From the NCBI GenBank assembly GCA_016214655.1, contig JACROC010000002.1, positions 67,801-131,800 on the forward strand: DNA of 64,000 nucleotides, in the 5' to 3' direction. The translations under genes and the position numbers were made by a program. This DNA is from Candidatus Harrisonbacteria bacterium (GTDB lineage Bacteria; Patescibacteriota; Minisyncoccia; UBA6257; 02-FULL-45-10c). Below the pieces are notes generated by a model. That model was not told the DNA's origin. It saw only the letters and a list, made by a program, of their open reading frames with translations, and did no database searches. Below, piece after piece: positions 34,914-44,804 of this stretch; positions within the stretch are counted from its first letter, which is position 1; each line of letters begins with the position of its first letter.

Positions 34914-37196
34914 CTAAATCTCACAAACTCCGCTGACGCACGCCAATTCTTTTGACCCTTCGGTCTCATCGTCTTTTTCATAAAGAAGAATCTTGGCAAA
35001 ATCTATTTCCGGAAAAGCGGCAACTTTTTTCTTATAAGTTTCTTCATCTACTGCTTCGTATGGAGCAAGCACATAAACATGCTCTTCGCGCGGCAAAAAA
35101 GAAAGTCCGCCCAGCATATCCCAATTCTCATAAAGCCAATTAGCAACTTTAACCCACTCATCCTCCCCGACCGAAATAGTTACTGATGGATTATGCTCGG
35201 TATAATTCGTTTTTACTTTTCGCCAATATTCCAGCTGTTCAGCCGCGCTCAAATCCCTAAGAATAGAAGAATCTTTGGGAGCTGCCACTGGGAATTCTAT
35301 CACATAAGTCGTTGCTGCGCCTTCGGCCTGCCCAACCTCCGGAAAATAAGGAATTTTTTGATCGCGAAGCATATGGAACAAACTATCCGTAGCCGCAATC
35401 CTAATTCTTCTCAGATAATATTTGGCGTGCCGCGGATGCAGCCCGGAAGAAGCGTCAACCAACTGCGATACTGTTCCGGACGGCTTAACGCAAGTCACAC
35501 AAGTAGACGGAGTAATCCCAAACTTGGCGGCATACTTTTTATTTATCTCGATTGCCTTTTGCTTTAATTTCCTCAAAACCCTGTCTTTCCTTACCGCCTG
35601 ACAATCCCATTGTCCAGTAATGGAAACTCCGAGTAACCGCTCTTCCTCACAATGCTCTTTCCACTCTTTGGAAAGGAATTCAAAATTCGTAAGAGTAGAC
35701 TGATAAGTTCCCAAGATTGTTGCCAGCCGTATTTTACGAAGCAAAGTCTTTTCAGTGTCTTCTGATCTCGCAATTACCTCTGATAAATTGCAAAATTCCT
35801 TGGATTTTAAAACGATCTCTCCGCAAGGATTTGTACCGCAGGTAGCAGAATCTTTCTTAAAAACTTTCCAGCGCCGCTCTGGCAACTGCTTCTGCAAACT
35901 GCCGCGGTTAAAGATTCCCCTTTCTCCGGTGCCGCTTTTTGCCAGTGCCAGCCATTCTTCCATAAAATCTTTAGTTGATGGCTTATTATTGTAAACCGCG
36001 GAATTATTAGCCATAGCTCGATGAGGATTAGTTACATAAAACTGTCCTTGCTTAGCAGCCCGCATTTCCGAATCATCCAAATCGGAAAGGGAAATCAAAG
36101 CGCTCCGCCTGACACCGCCCATAACTACAATTTCTCCAATTTTACAGATAATATCATGTACATCTAAACTTCCGAGCCGCCCTCCTTGCCGGCTGAAAAT
36201 TTTATTTCTTGTAAAATTTAATAAATCCTGCAATGGCCTCGGACCAGAAGTCTTACCGCCCATAGTTTTTAACCGGGCGCCTTCCGGACGGATCTTAATA
36301 AAATCAAACTGCACGTCGCCGCCGTTAAACCAAGTTTTCAAACCGAAATAAAAAGCTTCCGCCCAGCCCTCTTTGCTGTCATCAATAACATGAACCGGAA
36401 CTTTCTTATGATTAGTCTGCCGCTTGATCTGCGGAAGCGCGTGGACATTCTGGTGTTCAACCGAAAAACCAACACCAGTGCCGCACATAGAAATATACAT
36501 AATCTCGGCAAAATCTCTCAACTTGCGCGGAGCAATAAAAGAACAGTTATACGCGGCGACATTAGACTTACGGGCTGCATCCCCGGCCGACCACATCAGA
36601 CGCATGGATGGCATGACCTCCTGCCTCAAAATTGCCTCCCGGATTTCCCTGTATTCTTTTTCCGAAAGTTTTTTGCCGATTTTTTCTTTCATAAAGTTCA
36701 TGAACCGGTCCACAGTTTCAATCCAGGTCTCGCGGCGGCCTTCTTTTTCAATCCAGCGCGAATACGACCGGTAATAAATAAATTCTGCCAGAGGATTTCT
36801 GAAATATTTTTTGCTCTCGGCTGCCAGATCCTTAACGTGCTCAGGAATTTCCCTGGTTTGTTCCCTTAGTTTAGCTCGCTCATTCCTATAAAGAATGTAA
36901 GCTTTGGCGGTCTGGAGAAAATCCATCAAAATCAGGTTCGTTTCCACGATATCTTGTATCTCTTCAATATCCGGATTTACATCCGGCGGCAAAATACCGC
37001 CCTTCATGTACTTTTTCAGTAAATCCTGGACGACCGCATCGGCAACCTTCTCCGCCGCATCCGGATTACCCTCTCCGGTAGCCATCATGGCTTTCAAAAT
37101 CGCATTTGTAATTCTTGCCTTGTCAAAAGGCACAAGCCGGCCTTCGCGTTTTCTGACATACCTGAATCCAACTTTTGATTTTACCGGAGACATCAT
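34914..37196 (-). CDS. nrdJ: Class II (B12-dependent) ribonucleotide reductase with ATP cone
   Basis: N-terminal ATP cone (VRKREGRLVPFD). YNCSF, GGVRRSA, GTNPCGEI, CNLSE and KPSGTVS motifs. C-terminal CVSGVC. Confidence 0.93.
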   Translation of the reverse strand: MMSPVKSKVGFRYVRKREGRLVPFDKARITNAILKAMMATGEGNPDAAEKVADAVVQDLLKKYMKGGILPPDVNPDIEEIQDIVETNLILMDFLQTAKAYILYRNERAKLREQTREIPEHVKDLAAESKKYFRNPLAEFIYYRSYSRWIEKEGRRETWIETVDRFMNFMKEKIGKKLSEKEYREIREAILRQEVMPSMRLMWSAGDAARKSNVAAYNCSFIAPRKLRDFAEIMYISMCGTGVGFSVEHQNVHALPQIKRQTNHKKVPVHVIDDSKEGWAEAFYFGLKTWFNGGDVQFDFIKIRPEGARLKTMGGKTSGPRPLQDLLNFTRNKIFSRQGGRLGSLDVHDIICKIGEIVVMGGVRRSALISLSDLDDSEMRAAKQGQFYVTNPHRAMANNSAVYNNKPSTKDFMEEWLALAKSGTGERGIFNRGSLQKQLPERRWKVFKKDSATCGTNPCGEIVLKSKEFCNLSEVIARSEDTEKTLLRKIRLATILGTYQSTLTNFEFLSKEWKEHCEEERLLGVSITGQWDCQAVRKDRVLRKLKQKAIEINKKYAAKFGITPSTCVTCVKPSGTVSQLVDASSGLHPRHAKYYLRRIRIAATDSLFHMLRDQKIPYFPEVGQAEGAATTYVIEFPVAAPKDSSILRDLSAAEQLEYWRKVKTNYTEHNPSVTISVGEDEWVKVANWLYENWDMLGGLSFLPREEHVYVLAPYEAVDEETYKKKVAAFPEIDFAKILLYEKDDETEGSKELACVSGVCEI

Positions 37197-37317
37197 AAAA
37201 ATTAAAGTTGCTTAATAATTTAATTTTAGAATTTGCTCACCGCCAAGTAAATAGTTGCCTGTGGATAGAATTATAAAATACCCGCTTGCGGGTGTTTTAT
37301 ATCTCATTTCCTATATT

Positions 37318-38487
37318 CTATTTCTTTTTCCGCCTCAAAAATGTCGGTATATCCCAGACATCAGAATCTTTTTTGTGTTCCGGTTTATGTTCCAGTTTCC
37401 TGGGTAATTTCGGTTCTTCGACAGTTGCGCCCTTGGCTAACAGCGGTTCAGGCTTTTTTTCTACCGGAGCAGTGAATAAATTAGAAAGTGAGGAGGGATT
37501 TTTTGTTGATGATGTTCCGCTGAATCCAGTTGCAATTAGAGTAACTTTAATTTGGCCATTTTTCATATTGCGGTCATGGTAAGCGCCAAAAATAATTTTC
37601 GCCGAAGGATCCACTGCTTCAGAGATGGTTTTGGCAATATCGTTAATTTCATTCATTTTCAAATCTTTAGCCCCAGAAACTCCGAAAAGTACTCCCTTAG
37701 CTCCTTCGATTGAAACTTCCAACAAGGGCGAATTAACCGCTTGGCCAACCGCAGTCATTGCCCGGTCTTGCCCTGAACCAAGTCCAATGCCAACCAAAGC
37801 AGTACCAGCATTTTCCATAATCGTTTTGACGTCCGCAAAATCCACATTTATGATTCCCGGCATGGCAATTAATTCGGCAATACCCTGAATCGCATCACGT
37901 AAAATATCGTCCACAATTTCAAAAGCTTTAACTAAAGTAGTTTCCTTATCAATAACGCTGAAAATCCGGTCATTAGGAATAACAATCAAAGTATCAACCT
38001 TATCTTTCAATTTCGTTAATGCCTCCTGGGCGATTCTTCCGCGCTGCGCTCCCTCAAAAGAAAACGGTTTAGTAACAACTGCTATTGTCAAAGCACCCAT
38101 TTCCTTGGCTGCCTCGGCAACTACCGAAGATGCGCCACTACCAGTACCGCCGCCCAAACCAGCAGTAATAAAAACTAAGTCCGCGCCCTTAATCGCTTCC
38201 ACAATTTCCGCTCTGGTTTCTTCCGCCGCCTGCCTGCCTAAATCCGGATTCATGCCAGTGCCAAGACCCTTAGTAAGATTTTTGCCAATATGAATCTTAA
38301 CATCGGCATGGCACAACTCTAAATCCTGAGTGTCGGTATTGATAGCAATAAAATCCACTCCCCTAAAAAGCTCCTTTCTCATTCTGGAAATCGCGTTGCC
38401 GCCGCCGCCCCCGACTCCGACAACCTTGATTTTCGCCATTTCATGCCTCAAACCCTCTTCGTTATTTTTTTTATTTTTAACAGCCAT
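37318..38487 (-). CDS. ftsZ: Cell division protein FtsZ
   Basis: GVGGGGGNA, GLGGGTGSG, INVDFADV and C-terminal DIPTFLR motifs. Start at ATG 38487. Confidence 0.97.
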   Translation of the reverse strand: MAVKNKKNNEEGLRHEMAKIKVVGVGGGGGNAISRMRKELFRGVDFIAINTDTQDLELCHADVKIHIGKNLTKGLGTGMNPDLGRQAAEETRAEIVEAIKGADLVFITAGLGGGTGSGASSVVAEAAKEMGALTIAVVTKPFSFEGAQRGRIAQEALTKLKDKVDTLIVIPNDRIFSVIDKETTLVKAFEIVDDILRDAIQGIAELIAMPGIINVDFADVKTIMENAGTALVGIGLGSGQDRAMTAVGQAVNSPLLEVSIEGAKGVLFGVSGAKDLKMNEINDIAKTISEAVDPSAKIIFGAYHDRNMKNGQIKVTLIATGFSGTSSTKNPSSLSNLFTAPVEKKPEPLLAKGATVEEPKLPRKLEHKPEHKKDSDVWDIPTFLRRKKK

Positions 38488-38488
38488 T

Positions 38489-39718
38489 TTACGGTAATAA
38501 ATTTTTAAAAAGATTTTTAACCCAAGAACCCACTCCGACCGCTTGGCCATCGCTGTACAGCCGGTCCCTCCCCCAAAGCAACAAGCCGATAGCGCCGACA
38601 AATTCCGGATCTTCGGCCTGGAGGCTCAATTCTCCGCTCGGCATCTCCAAAGAAGAAAGGTCTGGGATACCGATCTGCGCCGGCAAATCTAATTCCTCTT
38701 TCGCTAAATCTACTAAGCCGGGAATCTTTGACCCACCGCCTACCAGAACAACTCCTACCGGCAACTTTCCGGCCTTGCCTATTTGTTTAAGTTCATTATT
38801 AACAAATTCAAAAATTTCAGCAAGCCTCACCTGGATAATATCGGAAATAAACCGGCGGGAAATATTAGTTTTAGAATTCGGATCGATTTTTTTAAGATCA
38901 ATGGTTTCCCGGCCGGAAGCTCCGCGCGGAGAAGCCGAACCAAAAGTAAGCTTTACCGCCTCTGCCGCATCAACTGAAGTTTTTAAACCAATCGCTAAAT
39001 CATTGGTAATGTTTCCGGAACCAAGCGGAAAAACCGCCGCATGAATAAGCTTATTTTCTTCATAAACACAAAGGCTGGTTGTACCAAAGCCGATATCCAC
39101 CAAGGCGACGCCTAAATCTTTTTGATTTTTTGAAAGCACCGCTCTGGCGCCGGCCAACGGCGAAAAAATAAGCCCGCCCACAGTAGCGCCGGCCATTTCT
39201 AAACATTTAGTAAGATTTTTTACCGATGGCGCAAAAGCATCAATGATTAAACTGTTGACTTCTAATCGATTGCCGATCATTCCTAGCGGATCGCGAATAT
39301 CTCCGACTCCATCAACCACGAATTCCCTGGTAATGGCATGTAACACCATGCGGTTCGGCGGCAAATTAATCGCTTGCGACGCCTGAACTGCCCGGTCAAT
39401 ATCATCCTGATGAATTTCATAATCCGCCCTGGCGACAGCCACGATTCCTTTGGAAGATTGGGTGTGGATATCTCCGCCGTTAACATTAATAAAGATATTA
39501 CGGATAGCATTGCGAGAAAGCTTCTTTATCTCACCAAACATTACATTCAGCGCCCTGGTCATTTCCGCCAAATCATCAATAGAGCCCTTCCGCATGCCGC
39601 CGGACGGGGTTTTTAAAAGCTTAACTACAACGGTCTTGCCGTCTTTCCTGACCTCGGCAATGACGGTTTTTAAACTATTGGTGCCAATATCTAAACCAGT
39701 AATAAAATTATTAGCCAT
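38489..39718 (-). CDS. ftsA: Cell division protein FtsA
   Basis: GLDIGT, LVDIGFGTT, ITNDLAIGL and LVGGGS motifs. C-terminal amphipathic helix. Confidence 0.96.
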   Translation of the reverse strand: MANNFITGLDIGTNSLKTVIAEVRKDGKTVVVKLLKTPSGGMRKGSIDDLAEMTRALNVMFGEIKKLSRNAIRNIFINVNGGDIHTQSSKGIVAVARADYEIHQDDIDRAVQASQAINLPPNRMVLHAITREFVVDGVGDIRDPLGMIGNRLEVNSLIIDAFAPSVKNLTKCLEMAGATVGGLIFSPLAGARAVLSKNQKDLGVALVDIGFGTTSLCVYEENKLIHAAVFPLGSGNITNDLAIGLKTSVDAAEAVKLTFGSASPRGASGRETIDLKKIDPNSKTNISRRFISDIIQVRLAEIFEFVNNELKQIGKAGKLPVGVVLVGGGSKIPGLVDLAKEELDLPAQIGIPDLSSLEMPSGELSLQAEDPEFVGAIGLLLWGRDRLYSDGQAVGVGSWVKNLFKNLLP

Positions 39719-39735
39719 TAAAATAAAAGAGTGAG

Positions 39736-40137
39736 TCAAAAATTGCCACTTAATTGCTTAAGTAATCGCTTTTCTTTATTCTCCATCTTAATTCTATCAC
39801 TTTTTTTCTCATGATCATAACCAAGAATGTGCAAAACTCCGTGCACCAGCATCAGTGCCAAATCTTCTTTATGGCGCCTGATATAAATCGGGTCTAAATA
39901 TATCTCTCCAAGTTTAATCCCGGGAAAATTCTTCGGTTTTTGAAAAGAAAGCACGTTGGTGGGCTTATCTTTTCCGCGAAAACGCTTGTTAAGATTGCGC
40001 ATCCGCCGGCCGTTGATAATATATAATTCAATTTCGCCTTTTTTCGGCAAAAATTCCGATAGCCGCTTAGCAATTTTTAAAAGTGTCCTGTTAAATTTTT
40101 TAACCTGTTTATCCAAAATGATAACTGGCAATTCCAT
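39736..40137 (-). CDS. ybeY: rRNA maturation RNase YbeY
   Basis: LNKRFRGKDKPTNVLSF and HGVLHILGYDH motifs. Confidence 0.94.
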   Translation of the reverse strand: MELPVIILDKQVKKFNRTLLKIAKRLSEFLPKKGEIELYIINGRRMRNLNKRFRGKDKPTNVLSFQKPKNFPGIKLGEIYLDPIYIRRHKEDLALMLVHGVLHILGYDHEKKSDRIKMENKEKRLLKQLSGNF

Positions 40138-40194
40138 GAAATTAATATAAATTATACCCCAAAAACAAAGGCGGCCATAGGCCGCCAAAAAATT

Positions 40195-40593
40195 TTAATT
40201 TAACTCTTGCACTTCCATAACTTCGTAACCGCTTTCTCCCACATAGACAGGCATAAGCAGCCACTGCCGATACTTCAGCCGAACTTTATTCCCCCTCTCC
40301 ATGGCCAGTGACAGCTTCTTCAAAACCGCTTCGCTCTTTTTATCCACACTGAAATCAAACGGAGCTTGAGTGGCAACCTGCTCTCCTTGCCCAACCTGAA
40401 GCTGAGCCTCGTGGGTTTTGAAAACCACACCCTTCACCGAAAGCTTGGTCACATAACCAACGCGCTCGCCAGTGGAATAATTGGGCATAACTCCGATGAG
40501 ATTAACCTTGGATAAAACCAGACTTCCCAAGATACCAACAATGAAAAGAATAATCATCAGTTCAATCAGCGTGAAACCCCGGCTCTTCTTCAC
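40195..40593 (-). CDS. Orphan protein with a type IV prepilin N-terminus
   Basis: GTG start after AGGAGGT. KKSRG^FTLIELMI class III signal. Globular part YSTGERVGYVTKLSVKGVVFKTHEAQL. Confidence 0.75.
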   Translation of the reverse strand: MKKSRGFTLIELMIILFIVGILGSLVLSKVNLIGVMPNYSTGERVGYVTKLSVKGVVFKTHEAQLQVGQGEQVATQAPFDFSVDKKSEAVLKKLSLAMERGNKVRLKYRQWLLMPVYVGESGYEVMEVQELN

Positions 40594-40680
40594 TCCCCAC
40601 CTCCTTTGGTAAGGTACGACTGGATAAATACTAACACAACGACAATAAAAAGTCAAAACAAAAAGCGCCCTCGCGGCCGC

Positions 40681-41313
40681 TTAGAAGATTGCAAGATCTT
40701 TTAATTCTGGCATTGATTCGATTATAAAATCCGGCTTCATTTTCTTTAATCTTTCGTGATCATGCAGTCCGCCGCAAAATGCAATACTTACACAGCCGGC
40801 GCTTTTTGCATGCCGCACGTCCCCTTCCTGGTCACCGACATAGGCGACCTCGCTAGCAGACAAATCAGCAGCGACCGCAAGATCGTGCAAGGCCTGAGAC
40901 TTATCCGAAACACTGCCGAAAATCTTGAAAAACAAACCATGAAGACCGTATTTTCCCAAAAGCGGCGCAGTGATCGTATTCTGTTGAGTACTTACGATAG
41001 CCAGCAATAATCCATTTGATTTCAACCACCCTAAGGTTTCTTTCAGTCCAACAGCAGGAGCCGGATGTTCTTGGCTCTCGTAGAATTCATTGTAAATCTT
41101 ATAAAGATCGTTATCGCTTGCCATTTCTTCGGTTATTCCGTATTCACGATAGATCCTCGTCCAAGGCTGACCAAACTTTTTCTGCAAAATTTCCAGCGGC
41201 AATAACGGCTTCCCGTACCTCGGGAAAATTCCATTAATCGCTTCCCAAAAAATCTTCGTATCGTCAAAGAGTGTCCCATTCACATCAAACGCCACTAGCT
41301 TAACTTTTTTCAT
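40681..41313 (-). CDS. HAD-family hydrolase
   Basis: FDVNGTLFD, VST and YVGDQEGD motifs. Confidence 0.88.
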   Translation of the reverse strand: MKKVKLVAFDVNGTLFDDTKIFWEAINGIFPRYGKPLLPLEILQKKFGQPWTRIYREYGITEEMASDNDLYKIYNEFYESQEHPAPAVGLKETLGWLKSNGLLLAIVSTQQNTITAPLLGKYGLHGLFFKIFGSVSDKSQALHDLAVAADLSASEVAYVGDQEGDVRHAKSAGCVSIAFCGGLHDHERLKKMKPDFIIESMPELKDLAIF

Positions 41314-41377
41314 ATTTATTATTTTAATCCTAAAGCTACCTGCAGTATAGACCAATCCTTCTTTAAAAATCAAAAAC

Positions 41378-41518
41378 CCGCGCAAGCCCGGTATTTTCTA
41401 GTGCTACACTATCATGCAGCTCTATGCTATAGCATAGAGCCGTTCTCATAGTACTATCCTACAAGATAGCACCTATCTATTTTTTAATTTAAAAAATAGT
41501 TCAACAAGCTTCGTCAAA
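41378..41518. repeat. 141-bp exact direct repeat, copy 1
   Basis: Identical to 42399-42539. Contains the 22-bp palindrome GCTCTATGCTATAGCATAGAGC. Confidence 0.92.
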
Positions 41519-41738
41519 TAAATACCGGATGACCAATAATTGGCACGCGCATCGCAAGCGCAAAAGTCGTTATAAATAATATACCAACCGGAGTCATAAT
41601 AGCGGACCAGAACAACTTATCATAATCTTTCATTTCTCTAAATCTACCATCGCTCGTCTTATAACTAGCTTTGTACCAATTGGTACCTAAAAAGGATAAA
41701 AAAATTCCGGCCAGAAACAGAACCCACCATCCCATCAT
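41514..41738 (-). CDS. Small two-TM membrane protein
   Basis: Two hydrophobic helices. Upstream TTGCGC-17-TAATCT promoter-like site. Confidence 0.6.
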   Translation of the reverse strand: MMGWWVLFLAGIFLSFLGTNWYKASYKTSDGRFREMKDYDKLFWSAIMTPVGILFITTFALAMRVPIIGHPVFI

Positions 41739-41913
41739 ATTTTAATTTTATTTTTGCAAACATCTAAAAAGAGATTACATCAAACAAAATATCCGCGCAA
41801 GATCCTCAATCAACCCAAAGTAGCCCAATATCGCATCGGCACTACACCGCGGTGTAGTGCCATCCCATAAGATACTGCTAATTTCTCTTCACGATTCAAA
41901 AATGAAAAACGGC

Positions 41914-42336
41914 TCATTGAGAGCCGTTGGCTTTCTCTAAACCACCCTTCAAAAATCTTATGTAATATCGAACCTCGGATAATTCTGAACAATCAGCAAG
42001 ATGAGTCATCAAATGCTTATAATCTTTTTCGGTCATCTTAGAGATATCTTCTGGCGGCTTTGGTGTTTCCTTAAATAATTTCTCCAGCTTTTCATCTAGC
42101 ATCTCTTCAATCCTAGTTTCCTTTAGATAAACTAAGAGTGCGTGCGCGCTTTTATGAGATCTGACATGATCTCCTATGCAAATAACAGCTAACGCAACCA
42201 ATCGCCCACATTCAAGCAAGTTATTATAATCCTGTAAATTACGCTTTTTTAATTCCTCCAAAATCAGCGCCAGCGCATCTTCCCTCTCAAATAATTTAAC
42301 CTGACCAGCCCAGTAATTCACCGATCCAGCTCCCAT
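41914..42336 (-). CDS. Hypothetical protein
   Basis: GAGGAGGT SD and TTGCGC-17-TAGAAT promoter whose -35 lies in repeat copy 2. Confidence 0.65.
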   Translation of the reverse strand: MGAGSVNYWAGQVKLFEREDALALILEELKKRNLQDYNNLLECGRLVALAVICIGDHVRSHKSAHALLVYLKETRIEEMLDEKLEKLFKETPKPPEDISKMTEKDYKHLMTHLADCSELSEVRYYIRFLKGGLEKANGSQ

Positions 42337-42398
42337 TTTAACCTCCTCAAAAACTATTTATTCAAGAACTACCAAGTATTCTAAATTAGATATAAAAA

Positions 42399-42539
42399 CC
42401 GCGCAAGCCCGGTATTTTCTAGTGCTACACTATCATGCAGCTCTATGCTATAGCATAGAGCCGTTCTCATAGTACTATCCTACAAGATAGCACCTATCTA
42501 TTTTTTAATTTAAAAAATAGTTCAACAAGCTTCGTCAAA
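42399..42539. repeat. 141-bp exact direct repeat, copy 2
   Basis: Identical to 41378-41518, offset 1021 bp. Confidence 0.92.
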
Positions 42540-42698
42540 CACAAATAGAAAATTGACTATATAAGAAACTGTTAATCCCAGTAATAACATTTTCCAGCTT
42601 CTCAACCAAACAGCAAGTAAAACCGGGAGCAATAAACTCAAATACCAATAATGAAACATCGGCTCGACAGCTCCCGAAAGAATGGCTAATACCATCCA
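42522..42698 (-). CDS. Small membrane protein (start uncertain)
   Basis: Hydrophobic C-terminal part of the 42522-42803 ORF. Its last codons run into repeat copy 2. Confidence 0.45.
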   Translation of the reverse strand, partial: WMVLAILSGAVEPMFHYWYLSLLLPVLLAVWLRSWKMLLLGLTVSYIVNFLFVFDEAC

Positions 42699-42743
42699 TT
42701 CCTCAGACTTATCAAATAATCTAATAAATGGTATACTGGATTT

Positions 42744-44108
42744 ATGAACATCGAAAAATATCCCCTTTCTGCTCCTCGTAAAAATAAGAGTGATAGAGAA
42801 CAAAAAACGAAGGATGATAGGGGCGCCTTCGAAAACTTAAAATATTTTACCCTTAATGAAGAAGAGGCAAAAATAATAATAGAAACAGAAAAGTATCCGA
42901 AATTTCTTTCCATAGAAGAAACGGCGCAAAAGATGAGGGAGGTTCTGATAAATTCACCTCATCGTCCAGAATTCGTTGCTGAGATGAATGGCGTACTCGA
43001 AAATCTTAAGAGGTCCGCTGAACTCCTTGAGCTCTCGTTTAAAAATCAGGCAGAATATAACCTTGTTGATAAACGATGGATGCGCCGACCTGATTATATG
43101 AAAGAAGCACTTGAAAAAGGGCGCCTTGCTATGGAGCTTGATGTGCGCATGGATAAAGATGGTGCGTTTTGGGTTTCCCATGCTACCGGCGCCCGCGCTA
43201 GTTTCACTCCGCCTTTTATTCATGAAATGACTACAGAGGAAATGGAGAAAAGGGGGAATCGTTTTACTGTCGAAGAGGCTCTACAAATATTTTCGGAATA
43301 TAACGACGGAAAGCATAAAATTATTCTTGAGCTTAAAACTCTTGGATCAGACGAAAAAAATTTTCCCAGAATTGTAGAAAATCTTAAAGCCTTGATAGAC
43401 AAAAATGGATTAAAAGACGCGATAGCCATATCTTCTCTTTCGCCTGGCCTGCTCATGTCTGTTCATAAAGTTTTTCCGGCAGCGCCCCTAATTCTGAATG
43501 GCGGAATTGTCCCCGGTATTAGTTATGAGCGGCCCCAGGAGCAACAAGGAATTACTGAAAAGGTAATGAATTATATTAAAAGAAAACTTATTCCGGCAGA
43601 TAAAAAATGGAGGGCATTTGGAATCAAACTTCCTTGGCTCGGAAAGCTTTCAGAAGTTTTAATTTCCGCCTCTGAAGAAACTGTTATCCGTCCTGACGGA
43701 GAAGGAACGCAGACTGGCTATGCTTTGATGCGCCTACCGGATGATCTGACTAGAGCATTTTTAGAACAGAAACAAGAAGGTCGGGAACTTGGGGGCATGG
43801 TTTCGCTTTCTGCAGTAACCATTTTTGCCAGCGTTCTTGATGCGGTTGGCGCATCAGAGAAAGCAAAAGAAATGAGGCAATATTATACCGAGGTAGTAGA
43901 TAGACTCGGTCTCGGGAAAATGGCTACGACATGGGGACAAGGATTAAGCGAAATACCATTTCTTGGGAGTACTCTTTTTAGAAAATTGGAGCCAAAAGAA
44001 CAAATAAGAGTTTTTAAAGAACAACTCGGAAAAGACACTATGGTCTATACCAAAGGTCCAGAAAGATTTGCGCACGAGCTTCCAGATTTTATTGCGACCT
44101 ATGAATAG
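42744..44108 (+). CDS. Glycerophosphodiester phosphodiesterase-like protein
   Basis: MELDVRMDKDG..VSH, ILELKT and ISS motifs. Divergent N- and C-termini. Confidence 0.65.
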   Translation: MNIEKYPLSAPRKNKSDREQKTKDDRGAFENLKYFTLNEEEAKIIIETEKYPKFLSIEETAQKMREVLINSPHRPEFVAEMNGVLENLKRSAELLELSFKNQAEYNLVDKRWMRRPDYMKEALEKGRLAMELDVRMDKDGAFWVSHATGARASFTPPFIHEMTTEEMEKRGNRFTVEEALQIFSEYNDGKHKIILELKTLGSDEKNFPRIVENLKALIDKNGLKDAIAISSLSPGLLMSVHKVFPAAPLILNGGIVPGISYERPQEQQGITEKVMNYIKRKLIPADKKWRAFGIKLPWLGKLSEVLISASEETVIRPDGEGTQTGYALMRLPDDLTRAFLEQKQEGRELGGMVSLSAVTIFASVLDAVGASEKAKEMRQYYTEVVDRLGLGKMATTWGQGLSEIPFLGSTLFRKLEPKEQIRVFKEQLGKDTMVYTKGPERFAHELPDFIATYE

Positions 44109-44150
44109 ATTAATAAGTCCAATAAAAATATTCGCCGACAGCGAATATTT

Positions 44151-44591
44151 TTATCCCAACTTTTCTTTAACTGCCTCACTTATCATTTTCCCATCCGCCT
44201 TCCCTTTCAGTTCTGTCATAACCGCTTTCATCACCAAACCCTGATTGCTTTTATCAGCTAAACCAGTGAGTACTTTCTCTACTGCCACAACCACCTCTTC
44301 CCGCGACATCTGCTTCGGCAAATAAACTTCCAAAATGGCCAGTTCCTTTCTCTCATTATCCGCAAGATCAGCGCGGTCTCCCTGCTCAAATGCCAATACG
44401 GATTCCTTTCTCTTTTTAGCTTCTCGCATCAAAACTTGTGCCACTTCTTCTTCAGTCAATACCGCATCCTTGCCTTTCTCAATAGCTTTATTCTTCAATG
44501 ACGCATTAAGCATCCTTAAAACGCCGACTTTGTCGGCGTTGCCAGCTTTCATCGCTTCTTTTAAATCTTGGCTAAGTTTTTCCTGTAACAT
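44151..44591 (-). CDS. yqeY: GatB/YqeY domain protein
   Basis: LKEAMKA, KKRKES, YLPKQMS and KGKADG motifs. Confidence 0.93.
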   Translation of the reverse strand: MLQEKLSQDLKEAMKAGNADKVGVLRMLNASLKNKAIEKGKDAVLTEEEVAQVLMREAKKRKESVLAFEQGDRADLADNERKELAILEVYLPKQMSREEVVVAVEKVLTGLADKSNQGLVMKAVMTELKGKADGKMISEAVKEKLG

Positions 44592-44594
44592 AAC

Positions 44595-44804
44595 CTATAA
44601 CAGGCCTAATTTTTTGGCCCTTTCAGTTTCTTTCACTTTCTCAGCTCTATATTTTGCCGCCAATCTTAATTTATTGCGATTCTGGGAACGCTTATAAAAT
44701 CTCCGCTTTTTTGCTTCCTTTAAAATACCGCTTTGCTGAATCTTTTTAGAAAAGCGATATAAAAGCGAACTAATATTTTCTCCATCTTTTTTTCTAACTT
44801 GCAT
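44595..44804 (-). CDS. rpsU: 30S ribosomal protein S21 (CPR type)
   Basis: VRKKDGENISSLLYRFSKKIQQSGILKEAKKRRFY. Conserved HIT-rpsU-yqeY order. Confidence 0.85.
   Translation of the reverse strand: MQVRKKDGENISSLLYRFSKKIQQSGILKEAKKRRFYKRSQNRNKLRLAAKYRAEKVKETERAKKLGLL

Noticed and set aside
34914-37196. Intein or intron in nrdJ
   Set aside because: The ORF is continuous, of normal length, and has no splicing motifs.
41378-42539. CRISPR array or canonical integron attC
   Set aside because: Only two long copies 1 kb apart, with no cas or integrase gene and no clear RYYYAAC/GTTRRRY box pair.
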